NCBI GenBank assembly: GCA_013239625.1
Contig: MU053561.1
Location: 5,253,214-5,313,996 of the forward strand
Direction: 5' to 3'
DNA length: 60,783 bases
Source of the DNA: Lama guanicoe
Lineage: Eukaryota
The translations under genes were made by a program, and so were the position numbers. Shown in pieces: positions 45,460 to 58,269 of this stretch (position 1 is the first letter of the stretch; the number at the start of each line of letters is the position of its first letter). The notes beneath the pieces were generated by a model that made no database searches, was not told the DNA's origin, and saw nothing but the letters and a program-made list of their open reading frames with translations.

Positions 45460-45504
45460 ATGGCCTCAAATGAGAGAGATGCTATATCGTGGTACCAAAA
45501 GAAG
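45460..45504 (+). CDS. PHTF1: PHTF1 first coding exon (exon 45430..45504), MASNERDAISWYQKK
   Basis: Acceptor TTTTCAG| at 45429, ATG at 45460, donor AAG|GTAATC. The peptide matches the PHTF1 N-terminus as recalled. Confidence 0.95.
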
Positions 45505-46157
45505 GTAATCTCAATGTATTTTTATTTGTAAAGCATGCTTCCTGGAAAAAAGCTCCCACAAAGAACACCTATCGTGTTAGTTTTCCCTGAGCTCGGTAGT
45601 ACAGGTGTTCTTACAAGGTATCTCTCAACATATATGGGAAAACTGATGTTTAAGGTCAGTAGGTCTTTTAAACTCAGTTTCAGGCCTCTGAATAAGATTT
45701 TCAAATTACCTCCCATCTCCAGGCTGCATTCACAGTGTCACAGCAATGCTTTGAAAGTTTGTTTCTGATCAAACTGCTGTTTTTCTAGACATAAAACTTT
45801 TATCTGCACAGCTCCAATTGCTACTGTCAACAACCTTACTGAGCTGTCCATTACCTTTTATTTCTCTCAGTTTCCTACTGGTGCTTTTCCTGTAAGAAGT
45901 GGAAATATCTTTTAAGGTGATACTTAATTTGAAATATTTTGGACATTGCTTTTTTAACTTAGGCTTAGATGCAGCTAAACCTTCCAGAATTTGGAAGGAA
46001 ATTGTCCTTGGAAATAATAATTTATTCCAGCCTCAGAGAAGCACAAACATTTCCCAGATATCATATTGATACCTAATAGTTTGATTACGTTTGTGAGACT
46101 TGACCTAAATAAAAACATTGCCTTTGCATCATTTAAATGGCCTTCTTCCTATTTCAG

Positions 46158-46214
46158 ATTGGAGCATATGATCAGCAGATATGGGAAAAGTCAATCGAAC
46201 AGACTCAAATTAAG
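46158..46214 (+). CDS. PHTF1: PHTF1 second coding exon, IGAYDQQIWEKSIEQTQIK (gene continues beyond the window)
   Basis: Acceptor ATTTCAG|, donor AAG|GTAAAT, conserved PHTF motif IGAYDQQIWEKS. Confidence 0.95.
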
Positions 46215-47299
46215 GTAAATTGATTAATTTTTAGCTTTGTTTTACTTCATTAATGTGAAAAGTAGATTGTACTTACTTTAAAAAAAATCTGCACTTATCC
46301 ACCAAGTGTGGTGTTCTTTATTCTTTGAAATTTATAAGGAAAACAACACTGCAAGCGGAATGATATATGACAATTGACATTTGGCCTCGGTATCAGGGAA
46401 ATAGAAAGGAGTTGGTCTATGATGAATTTGAAAGCAAATGTCCTAAATAAATGGTGCTATGGCTGTTTAACTCTGGTGGTTTTGCTTTGTGGTAACGCAA
46501 ACTTAGTGTTGTCAGAGCTTCATTCAAAGTTTTCAAGAGAAGCTGTGAATATGCATTTTTATGTAAAATATCCAGGTATTTTGAGCATCTCCCTCTTCTC
46601 CTCCTCCTCCTCCTCCCTCTCCCTCACCTCCCCCTTCACCACATTCCCCCACCTCTTCTTTCTCTTTTTCTTCCTGTGCAAGGCAAACAAAATCCATTTG
46701 TTGCCTGAATCACTTTTTCAATTACTGATGTAGAGTATGGCTTAAATTTTTTCCAGTTCTTAAACTTTTCCTATACTGCTCTTAGAACTGAGCAGATTCT
46801 TGAGTTATTTCATGCTAATCAAGCAACCAAAAATTGATGTGTGATTCAGAATGCCAGTGTATTAATTTATAATAGGGAGAGGAGGGTTAAATAATGTTCC
46901 ATAGTTGGTGTTGTGGGATCAACATGTATTGATGGGGAAGGTGGTGCAAAGTAGTCATGGAAAGGTTGTGTGGTAGCCAAATGTAATTGTACAATCTTGA
47001 GAGATGTGGAAAAGCCTAAAAACCATCCTACCCCTACAGAATGTCTTTCTATTGACCTTAATACTTGGATCAACAGATTCAGGGTCTTACCTCCATGGAA
47101 ATTACTGAATAGTGACTGGCAGATTCTTGTTTTGGGACCTGTCTTTTTTAAAGATTTTCTTCAGACCCTCTATTAACATTTAAATAAAAATATGTACATA
47201 TAAGTGTAATACAACTTAATATTTGTTCTATTTATCTCCAAGTCAGATTGATTAGACTGGAACGTTTAAATCTTTGGTGAAATAGGGTGCATTCTTTTT

Positions 47300-47690
47300 T
47301 TATGTATTTATTTTACAATGTCATATTTTTAAAATTGAAGTATAGTTGATGTACAATATTATATGTTACAGGTATACAGTATAATGATTCACACATTTTT
47401 AAAGGTTAATAATTCCATTTATAGTTATTATAAAATATTGGCTGTATTCCCCATGTTGTACAATGCATCCTTGTAGCTTATTTTATACCTGATAGTTTGC
47501 ACCTCTTAATCTTCCACCTCCACCTTGCCCCTCCCCTGTCTCTCCCGCCGACCTGGGAACCACTAGTTCCTTCTCTACCTCTGTGAGTCTGTTTCTTTTC
47601 TGTTATATTCACTAGTTTGTTTAGATTCCAAATGTAAGTGATATCTTACAGGATTTGTCTTTCTCTGACTTATTTCACTTAGCTTAATGA
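47300..47690 (-). mobile_element. L1 3' end with 16-bp TSD
   Basis: ATTGAAGTATAGTTGATGTACAAT...TCTGACTTATTTCACTTAGC. TSD AGGGTGCATTCTTTTT at 47284-47299 and 47691-47706. Confidence 0.88.
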
Positions 47691-49609
47691 AGGGTGCATT
47701 CTTTTTATGGGCCAATCAATTAGAAAGTTGTTTCTACTACATGGTACTTGAGCTAACTTTTCACAGTTCTGTACAGTCCTTGATGTTTTATATTAATAGA
47801 AGATGGGGTCAGGATGAATAAATGCCCAAATTTTACTTTGTAACTCTCTGAATCCTGTCCTGTTATTCTTTTGTGAGCTCTAAAAAGTATTGATAGTAAA
47901 TATGGTATAATGAAAAATGCACAGACCTGGGAGTTGGATTTCTTGTGATCTCTGTCTCCAGCCTTGTGATCTTGAACCAGCACCGTAGTGTGTCTGGGTT
48001 TGGGTTTAGTTATCCTTAGAAGGATTTTACTTCTTGCTGTAAAATTTCCTTACCAACTGCCTTCCCCCACCCAATTTAATTATTTCCTAAACCTTTTTGT
48101 CCAGGCAATTTTATACAGACCTTCGTGTTAGTACACCATATCAAAGTTACTTGTTAACCTGGGTATCTTCATAGCCCTCAACGGCAGGAATTGCATTTGC
48201 ATCCCACTCTTAGAGCATCTTGATTCATACTAGGAACTCGGTGTCACTTTAGTTAATTGAACCCCATCTATTATTTATATTTTTATTCATTGTTCTCTCA
48301 TAGGAGAATCTACCTAACAACTCCTTAAGGTATACTTTTTAATTTGACAGCAGTGGAAACAGTAAAATTAAAGACAACTGTAAAAATTTACCGAGTTAAT
48401 GTGCCAACATGTCCTAGGTGCAAAGGATACAGTTATTAACATAGACATGGGTCTTACTTTCATGAATTTCACAGTGTAATGGTGATGGGAGAAAGGCAAA
48501 GATACCGTTTTAAATTTTAACAAAAATTGACCAAAGTATAGACTCCATAGAAGTATTTGATGCAATTTAAAAAAAAATTACACAAATGTAAATATTTTTT
48601 TAAAACAAATTTAAAACAAGGAAAAAAAGAAAAAATGAAACAACCCCCCCAAAAAAACACAACACTAACACCAGATCATAGCACAATAAAATTAGAAATT
48701 ACATAATAAAAACACTCAAAATTGTAAAAAAAAAAAAAATAAAAAAAATAAAAAAATCTTAACTTGGATCATGAAAAGTGATATGAACTGTTTTATGAAC
48801 ATTTATTGAGCTATTATGTTTAAGACCTTTTGCTAGGTGCTGGGCACAAGAGGAATGGTATTTACAGAGTACGCTTGTTTAAGGGAAGAGCAAGTAGCTT
48901 AATCTGAGTGGAGTGTAAGGTATGTAGATGAGATGATAGGCCATAAATCAGTTTGGAGCTGAGTTGACTGCTTTCCTAAGAACTTTAGATACTGTTCTGT
49001 AGGAAATGGAAAATTTTTATAGTTTTTGAGTAGAGAGGCCACATCAAATCTGTATTTTTGAAGGATAGAAATAAAAATAATAGATGTAACAAAATCTATG
49101 GAATGTTTCTAAAGTAATATTTGATTAAATATCATTCTGTATGTCTGTATTAACAAAAAATGTCTAGATTAACTAGGAAGAAAGAGTTACAGTGATTCAA
49201 GTTAATATACGAAGAATCTAGAGAAAGAAGACAGTCAGAGTAAAGAAGGGAAAGAAATACCAAAAATAAAACTAAAGCAGTCATTATATATTCTTCATTT
49301 AACAAATATTTATTGAGCACCTGTCTACCATTTGTCAGGCAGTAGGCTAGGCACTATGTCCATATAGCAGTGAAAAGATACATTTTTTTTTCATGGAACT
49401 ACGATAAAGTGGGAAAGAAACAATAAATTCTACTAATGAATAAAAATTACTTTGGATAAATACTAAGAAGGAGAGCTGTTGCTTGCAAGCTATTATGCTT
49501 CTAATAAAGGAAATGGACCTAGTGAAGGAGGTCAGAGAAGCCTTCCTTAAAGAACTGATGCTTCAAATAAGATCCGAAGGATAAGTTGCAATTAACTAGG
49601 TCAAGAACT

Positions 49610-52213
49610 AATATAGTAATTCTACACAAACTCTTTCAGAAAACAGAGAAGGACGTGTACTTCCCAACTCATTTTATGATACTAGTATTACCCTGATTCC
49701 AAAGCCAGACAAAGATAACAGAAGAAAATTTGTCATAGCTCTACAACAAAGCTGGGTAAAGAAGATGTATATATACACACACACATATATATACAATGGA
49801 GCCACATACTCAGCCATAAAAAGAATGAAATCTTACCATTTGTGACAACATGGATGGACCTAGGGGGTATTATCCTAAGTGAAATAAGTCAGACAGAGAA
49901 AGAAACACTGTATGATTTCGCTTATATGTGGAATCTAGAAAACAAAACAGATGCGCAAACATAATAAAACTGAAACAGAGTTATAGATACAAAGAACAAA
50001 CAGGTGGTGCCAGAGCAGAGGAGGGGTGGGTGCAAGAAATAAGTTAGGGGAGATTAAGCAATACAAACTTCCAGATGCAAAATAAATGAGTCACGAGTAT
50101 GAAATGTACAGTCTGGGGAATATAGTCAATAATTATGTAATATCTGTGTATGATGACTAGACTTATCTTGGTGAGCATTTTGAAGTGTATAGAAACATGG
50201 AATCGCTATTTTATCTAACAGGAACTAACATACTGTTGTAGGTCAATTATATTTCAAAAGCAAACTAACTCATAGAAAAAAGGATCAGATTTGTGGTTAC
50301 CACAGGTTGAGGGGCAGGGAGAATTGGATGAAGACAGTCAAAAGGCACAAAATTCCTGTTATAAGATAAATAAATACTAGGGATGTAACGTACAACATGA
50401 CAAATATAATTAACATAGCTGTATGTTATATATGAAATTTGTTAAGAGAGTCAAGCCTAAGAGTTCTCATCACAAGGACAAATTTTTTTTCTATTTCTTT
50501 AATTTTATATCAATATGAGATGATGGATGTTCAGTAAACTTATTGTAGTAATCATTTCATGGTATATGTAAGTCAAATCTTTATGCTCTGTACCTTAAAC
50601 CTACACAGTATTGTATGTCAATGATTTCTCGGTAAAACTGGAAGAAAAAAGTCTTACCTGAGTCATAATATGGAGCTTTTAATAAACTATCATACTGACC
50701 ATTAAGAAAAAAGACAATTTGTCATAAACAGAAGTTAAAAATTTTGAATTCAACAACATATAAAATGGGTTATCTACTGTGACCAAGTGGGATTTATCCT
50801 AGGAATGTGACATTGGTTTAATATTGGAAAATAATGTAATATATTAATAGAATAAAGGACAAAACCACATGATCTTCTCAGTTGAGAGAGAAAAAGCATT
50901 TGACAAAATTAAATGCCCATTAATGAGGAACTAGAAATAGTAATTTCCACAAACTGTCAAAGGGTGTCTATTAAAAACCTACAGCTAACACTGTATTTAG
51001 GAATTAAACTGAGTGCTTTGCCCCTCAAATCAGGAACACAGCAAAGATGTCTGCTCTCGCTGCATCTGTTTAACATTTTACTACAGATTCTAGCCAGTGC
51101 AATAAGGCAAGGAAAAGAAATAAAAATCATTGAGATGGAAAAGAAAATTGCCTTGATTCATGATGACACGATTCTGTATTTAGAAAATCCAAGGGCATTA
51201 CTAATATAAATAAATGAGTTTAGCAAGGTCTTTAAGTAAAAGATCAATATAAAAAATTATCTGTATTTCTGTTTACCAACAATGAGTAATCCAAAAGTGA
51301 AATTAATAAAGCAGTTCATTCACAGTAGCATCCAACAGAATAAAACGCTTGAGATTAAGTTTAACATAGAATGTATAGACCAAAACTACAAAACATCGTT
51401 AAGAGAAATTAAAGGTCTGAATAAATGGATTAACATTGCATATTCATGATCTGAAAGACTTAACATTTAGATGGCAATTATCTCAATGTATCTACAGATT
51501 CAATATAATCCCTTCAAAATTCCAGCAGGCTTTTTTTTTTTGGTAGAAATTGATAAGCTAATTCTGAAAATGATAAGCAATGCAAAGGACCTAGAACATT
51601 CAAAACAAGGTTAAAAAGTACAGAGCTGGAAGACTTACTGGACCTCAAAATTTACTGTAAAGCTGTAAGTAATTCAGATAGTGTAGTATTAGTATGAATT
51701 GTAGATGAATGGAACAGAATAGAAAATCTAGAAATAAATCCTTACAGTTTTGATAATTTGATTTTGACAAAGATGTCAAAACAATTCAATGAAGAAATGA
51801 TAGTCTCATCAACAAATGGTGCTGGAACAATTGGATATCCACATGTATAAACATGATCCTTGATTCTGACCCCACATTGTACACAAAAACCACTTAAAAA
51901 GGACCATAGACTTAAGTGTAAGAACAAAAGTATAGGTTTTCTAGAAGAAAATAAAAGATCTTTATGACTTTGGCTAGGCAGAGGTTTCTTAGAAGCCTAG
52001 TCAAAAAAGAAAAAAGATGATAAATTGAGCTTCATCAGAAATTAAAACTTTTCTTCAAAATATCCCATTTTAAAAAATGAAAAGAAAGGCCACAGACCAG
52101 GAGAGAATATTTCCAAATCATATGTATAATAGAATTTTCTATCTAACTTATAAAGAACTCCTACAACTCAGTAAGAAGACAAAAAAAAAAACCCAATTTA
52201 AAAATGGGCAAAT
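49610..52213 (+). mobile_element. Old L1 ORF2 relic carrying a nested L1MA/MB-like 3' end (~49740-50712)
   Basis: CTTCCCAACTCATTTTATGA, GAAAAAGCATTTGACAAAATT, AACAAATGGTGCTGGAACAATTGG. The nested copy is flanked by AATTTGTCATA repeats. Confidence 0.85.
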
Positions 52214-52410
52214 CGTTAAAAAAGTTCACAAACAATAAATGCTGGAGAGGGTGTTGAGAAAAGGGAACGAACCCTCCTACACTGCTGGTGGGAATGTACC
52301 TTGGTGCAGCCATTATGGAAAACAGTATGGAGATTCCTTAAAAAACTGAAAATAGACATACCGTATGATCCAGCAGTCCCACTCCTGGGCTTATATCTGG
52401 AGGAAACTAG
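52214..52410 (+). mobile_element. Younger L1 ORF2 C-terminal fragment (sense)
   Basis: Encodes [31 protein letters not shown]. Confidence 0.85.
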
Positions 52411-54514
52411 TGTGTGTATGTATATGTGTGTGTGTGTGTGTGTGTCTGTGTATATATTCCTTTCCATATTCTTTTTCATTATAGACCATACTGAATATAG
52501 TTCCCTGTGCTATACAGTAGGGCCTTGTTGTTTATCTATTTTATATATAGTAATTAGCATTGACAAATTCTGAACCCCCAATTTATCCCTCCCCACTCCC
52601 TTTCCCCCTCTGGTAACTGTAAGTTTGTTTTCTCTGTGACTCTGTCTCTGTTTTGTAGACTGTCTTTCTCTCTCCATCTTGTCCTTTTTTTTAAAATTTT
52701 TTTTGGATTGCACATGAGTGATATCATACGATATTTTCCTTTCTCTTTCTGGCTTACTTAACTTAGAATGATGATCTCCAGGTCCATCCATGTTGCTGCA
52801 AATGTCATTATTTTATTCTTTTTTATGGCTGAGTAGTATTCCATTGTATAAATATACCACAGCTTCTTTATTCAGTCATCTATCAGTGGACATTTAGATT
52901 GTTTCTATGTCTTGGCTATTGTAAATAGTGCTGCTATGAACATTGGGGGTGCATGTATTTTTTTTCAAATTAGAGTTCCCTCCAGATATATGCCCAAGAG
53001 TGAGATTGCTGGAACATGTGGTAAGTCTATTTTTAATCTTTTGAGGAATCTCCATACTGTTTTCCATAATGGCTGCACCAAATTACATTCCCACCAACAG
53101 TGTAGGAGGGTTCTCTCTTCTCCACACCCTCTGCAACATTTATCATTCATGGACTTTTGAATGATGGCCATTCTGACTGGTGTGAGGTGATACCTCATTG
53201 TAGTTTTGATTTGCATTTCTTTGATAACTAGTGGCATTGAGCATTTTTTCATGTGCCTATTGGCCATCTGTATGCCTTCATTGGAGAACTGCTTGTTTAA
53301 GTTTTCTGCCCATTTTTGGATTGGGTTGTTGATTTTTTTGTTATTAAGTTGTATGAGCTGTTTATATATTCTGGAAATTAAACCTTTGTCAGTTGCATTG
53401 TTCGCAAATATTTTTTCCCAGTCCGTAAGTTGTCTTTTCATTTTGTTTATGGTTTCCTTTGCTGTGCAAAAGCTTATAAGTTTAATTAGGTCCCATTTGT
53501 TTATTTTTGCTTTTATTTCTGTTGCCTGGGTGGACTGTCCTAGAACATTGCCAAGATTTATGTCAATATTTTGCCCACTTTCTTCTAGGAAGTTTACGAT
53601 GTCTTGTCTTATATTTAAGTCTTTAAGCCATTTTGAGTTTATTTTTGTATGTGGTGTGAAGGGAGTGTTTGAACTTCATTGATTTACCTGCTGCTGTCCA
53701 GTTTTCCCAACACTACTTGCCAAAGAGACTGTTTTTTCTCCAGTGTATACTCTTGCTTCCTTTGTCAAAGATTAATTCACTAGTCTGTGGGTTTATTTCT
53801 GGGCTGTCTGTTCTGTTCCATTAATTCATATGTCTGTTTTTATGCCAATACAATGCTGTTTTGACTACTGTAGCTCTGTAGTATTGTCTGAAGTCTGGGA
53901 GAGTTATTCCTGCAGCTTTGTTCTTTTTCTTCAGTTTTGCTTTGGTAATTCTGTGTCTTTTGTGATTCTATATAAATTTTAGGATTATTTGTTCTAGTTC
54001 TGTGAAAAATGTCATAGGTAATTTGATAGGGATCACATTAAATCTGTAGATTGCCTTGGGCAGAATGACCATTTTAACAATATTGATCCTTCCAATCCCA
54101 AGAGCATGGGATATCTTTCCATTTCTTTAAGTCATCTTTAATTTCCTTAATCAATGTTTTTTAGTTCTCTGTGTATAAGTCTTTCACCTCCTTGGTCAAA
54201 TTTATTCCTAAGTATTTTATTGTTTTGGATGTGATTTTAAATGAAATTGTTTCTTTATTTTCTTTTCTTGCTATTTGTTAGTGTAAAGAAATGCAACTGA
54301 TTTCTACATGTTAATCTTGTATCCTGCTACCTTGCTGAATTCTTTTATCGGCCCTAGTTTTTGTGTGGAGCTTTTAGGGTTTTCTAATATATAGGACCAT
54401 GTCATCTGCATAGAGCGACAATTTTATTACCTCTCTTCCAATTTGGATCCCTTTTATTTCTTTTCTTGCCTGATTGCTATGGCTAGGACTTCCAAAACTA
54501 TGTTGAATAGAAGT
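52411..54514 (-). mobile_element. Lineage-type L1, ~2.1 kb, 5'-truncated, with a (TG)n run at the 3' junction
   Basis: ORF 52965..53441(-) [14 protein letters not shown]...[17 protein letters not shown] is the L1 ORF2p C-terminus. Confidence 0.93.
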
Positions 54515-54785
54515 ATCAGTTTAAATGAAAAACCTAGAAAAGGCAAGTCTGTAGAAATAGAAAGCAGATCAGTGTTTGCCTTGGCTAGGGGATAGGAACA
54601 GAGATTTACTACCATTCTCGTTTTTGAGGTGATAGAAATGTTCTAAAATTTGAATGTGATGATGTTTGCACAACTCTATAAGTTGACAGAAATCTACTAA
54701 ATTAATTGCTAGAACTGTACACCTAAAAATGAGTGAGCTTTATCGTGTGTTAATTATACTTCAATATAGCTATTTTCTTAAATCA
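54515..54785 (+). mobile_element. 3' end of the old host L1
   Basis: AGGCAAGTCTGTAGAAATAGAAAGCAGATCAGTG...GGTGATAGAAATGTTCTAAAATT...AATTATACTTCAATA. Confidence 0.75.
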
Positions 54786-56829
54786 CACCAATAGAAAAAA
54801 ATTGTAGTGTACAAAAAAGACTACTAATGTAATATGCAAGAAACTCATATATATTCCCAAAGTAATTTGTCTTCTAAAATTTCTTAAGTGAGAGAGTATA
54901 TTAAATCTAAGATCTAACATTATTTTCAGTGATGGAGCTCAACTTAGTACCCCTCCAAAAAGAATAAAATAAGAATGGCCCCTATCGCTATTATTTAACA
55001 TGCTGTTTGAGATATATTTACTAAGATGAGCAAAAGATTCTAATTACTGTTCTTTTCTTTTAAAATTTTTTTTAAATTTTCTTTTTCTAATTAACATTAG
55101 AATAACAAAAATTAATATTTGAAAATGACATGATTTTATACCTTGAAAATTATAAATGGCTAATCATAAGCACAGAGGTTATTTCAGTATTTGTAATGTT
55201 TTATTTCTTGAGCTTGATGGTGGGTACATGACAGACGAGAACCCTCATTAAAAATGGCTGTTTGAATATGTGCATTAATCATCTGGTTTCTTCTGAAACT
55301 CCTTTAAAATTATAATAATTAAGAAAAAAAATCAGCCACAAGGATTGAAGGAATGGAAGAGAAGAGTATAGTAAATGAGAACAATTAACACAATTTTGAA
55401 AGTTGGAAAGTGGATGAAAAGTGAAGAAAGTAAAAATGTCAGTGTCTATAGCAGGGGATGCCAATAGAAAACAAATGAATTTCCTGTTTTAAAACCCTTG
55501 TATTTAATTGAACTAATGCCTTTTCGTGGAAAGGAATACTCCATATTACCAGATACCCATCCTCCCTAAATTAATCTATAAATTTAAAGTAATGCCAAAA
55601 GAAGCACTAAAGATTTCTAAAGTGTTAAAGGAAAAATAAATCTATTAAAATTTTGCAGCCCTTAATCATGTTTTGAAGATTTCTTCATAATTATATATGT
55701 ATGTATGTACACACATATACACCTTAAATATTTTTGTTAAGTTTACTACTAGATATTTTATTTTTCATGTTGCTGTTGCAAATGGGATTATTTTTCCATT
55801 ATATTTTCTAGCTGATTGTTGGTCGGTGTTTCTTCTTTGTAATTCCCTAAATTAATTTCTATAAATGAAAAAAACCCCCAAAACCCTTGTATTTGATTTC
55901 TGGAAAAACTCAGGAATTAGATGGATCAGGTATATCTTTAGGTATGAAGTAGAACTGAAAAAAGGATTTTTTTGAGCATAGGTATAAGGGGCAATAGACC
56001 TATCCCCAGATCCTCCTCCTTATTCTACATGGCCTCATAGTTACCCTTATCTTCCCCTAACAGAAGACTAGGGTGAAGCTTGCTCTCTGCAGAGGTTGGA
56101 CCAGAGAAGTTCTGAATTTTGGAATACCACACACAAATGGGTAGAGTGAAATACTATACTAATAAAGGAGATTAAGTAGAAGTCTGCTGGCTAGGTTTAT
56201 AATCTCTAAACAGAAGGCCGGAATTTCTTTTTGCAGAAGCCGAGTAAAAAGACCTAAGGAAGTGAAATGGCTGGCTATCCTCTACAGGGAGACCACTGTT
56301 TAACAAGCACCACCCTTTACACACTGAACTTGCATTCAGCATGTTAGTAGTGCCTCACTCTTAGGTGTAAATGGATAATTAAAGATGCTCAAATATTTGA
56401 GACCTAAAGAAAAAGAAAGAGATTTTAAAAAGTGATGCAGGAATCATAAGAATACTATTTTTTAAAGACATAATTAATAACTGGATTTTTTTAAAAAAAA
56501 GCTCTATAGATGAAAAAGTAAGAGAACCAGAAAATAAAAATTACCAAAATAAATTCAGTAGGAAAGTTGGGAGATAAAATTGAGGCCATTTCCCAGAAGA
56601 ATAGTACAAAAAGACAAAAAGATAATAGAAAAATGAGTACATGCAACTAATAGGTGTTCCAGAAAAAGAAATTGTCGAGTAAATAATACAGAAACATTAC
56701 TCAGAACTGAAATACACACATTTACAGATTGAAAGAAGAATCTTTTCAGTGATCAGCATTTAAACTAAGAAACATGATTGAGGTTTCAGAGCTAAATTTT
56801 AGAAAAATTCAGTTCAGCCTACCTCGTAT

Positions 56830-57640
56830 GTTTCTCCTGTGAGTCTCCCTTACTACTCACACAAAACCATTTCTGGTCATCAAATGTGCAGAGGTTTTTT
56901 CCCACACCAGGCAATTCTCTGACACCAGCTGAATGTCCTACAGTTCAACTCAATTTTGACACTTTGTACCTGGAGATGGTTTCAGTTCTCACAGGTTAAG
57001 GGCTGAGTCCCACAAGACTGCTCCTACCCTACTTTGGATGCCAACTGCAAGTAGTAGGTCCTAGGTCACCCCCAACTTCTGTCCAATTTGGCTACAGATC
57101 AGAGGTTCCCACACAACCTTCTTCTTAGGTATGATTAATTTCCTAGGATAGTTCACAGAACTCAGAGAAACACTTCCTTAAATATTTACCAGTTTATTAT
57201 AGGTTATGATAAATGATACAGATAAACAGCCAGATGAAGAGATATATAGGGTGAGGTCTGGGAAGGTTCCTGTAGAGTTTGGGTTATGTCACCCTTCTGA
57301 AGTGAATGTGTGCACCAACCTGGAAGCTCTTTGAACCCCATAATAATGGAATTTTATGGAGGCTTCATCAGGTAGGCATGATGGATCATTAAACTCTATT
57401 TTGAGCCCTTTCCAAGAGGATGGGGAGCAGGGCTGAAAATTCCAAGCTTCTATTCATGGCTTGTACTTTTCTGGTGGCCAGCCATCATCCAGGAGCCATC
57501 TAGGAGCCCACCTAGACTGGCTTCATTAGAACAAACGACACTCTTGCCACCCAGGAAATTACAGGGGTTTCAGGAGACCTGTGTTAGGAACTGGGGACAG
57601 AGATCAATACAGAAATTTATTATAAACCGCAACATTACAA
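56830..57640. mobile_element. MER21-like solo LTR
   Basis: CAATTCTCTGACACCAGCTGAATGTCCTACAGTTCAACTCAATTTTGACACT...CACAGGTTAAGGGCTGAGTCCCACAAGACTGC. Confidence 0.78.
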
Positions 57641-58269
57641 GAACATTTGGGATCAGATCCTGGATTAAGCAGGAAGTAGAGAGAAGGATCAAAACAGATC
57701 ATATACAAGATTGGGAGTTAGAATGACATGGGGCCTCTCAGCAGCAACCTCTGGCTCACCTGGAAGCGTAAGACAATGGAACCTTCAAAGTTCTCAGAGA
57801 AAATGACTTTCAACCAAACACTTTGTGCCCAGCCTAAGTATTAAGTACAGAGGCACTATATGAAGACATATTCAGACTACCAGTCTCAACATATGTATCA
57901 CTCTTGCCCCCCCCTTCTCAGAGGAGTACACGTTACTGTATTGCAATGAGTGAGTAAACCGAAAAAGAGGAATTCATACTATCAGGAAACAGGATGGCCA
58001 GCACCAAGAGAGGTAAAGGGAATTCTAGGATAATTAAGAGATGTCCCAAGATGAAAGTTCATTTATTAGGCCTAGAAAACAAGACCAGAAGGGAGCATGA
58101 GGACAGAAAATTGTGGTTAATAGACATCTTCAAAGAGGAAAAAAAAAGAAATCAGCGTTTGTTGTGTTTGAGTATGCTGGGAGCAGATTTATAACACTTA
58201 CAGGGAGTTTCAAAATGAATTAGTAATAGATGTGTAGAAAATTAAGTGAATGAAAAAAATGAGACTTGT

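Noticed and set aside
48565..48760. A-rich low-complexity block
   Set aside because: Probably a decayed poly-A or low-quality sequence; no structure or ORF
52965..53441. 158-aa ORF resembling a protein-coding gene
   Set aside because: C-terminal fragment of a 5'-truncated L1 ORF2p; not an autonomous element
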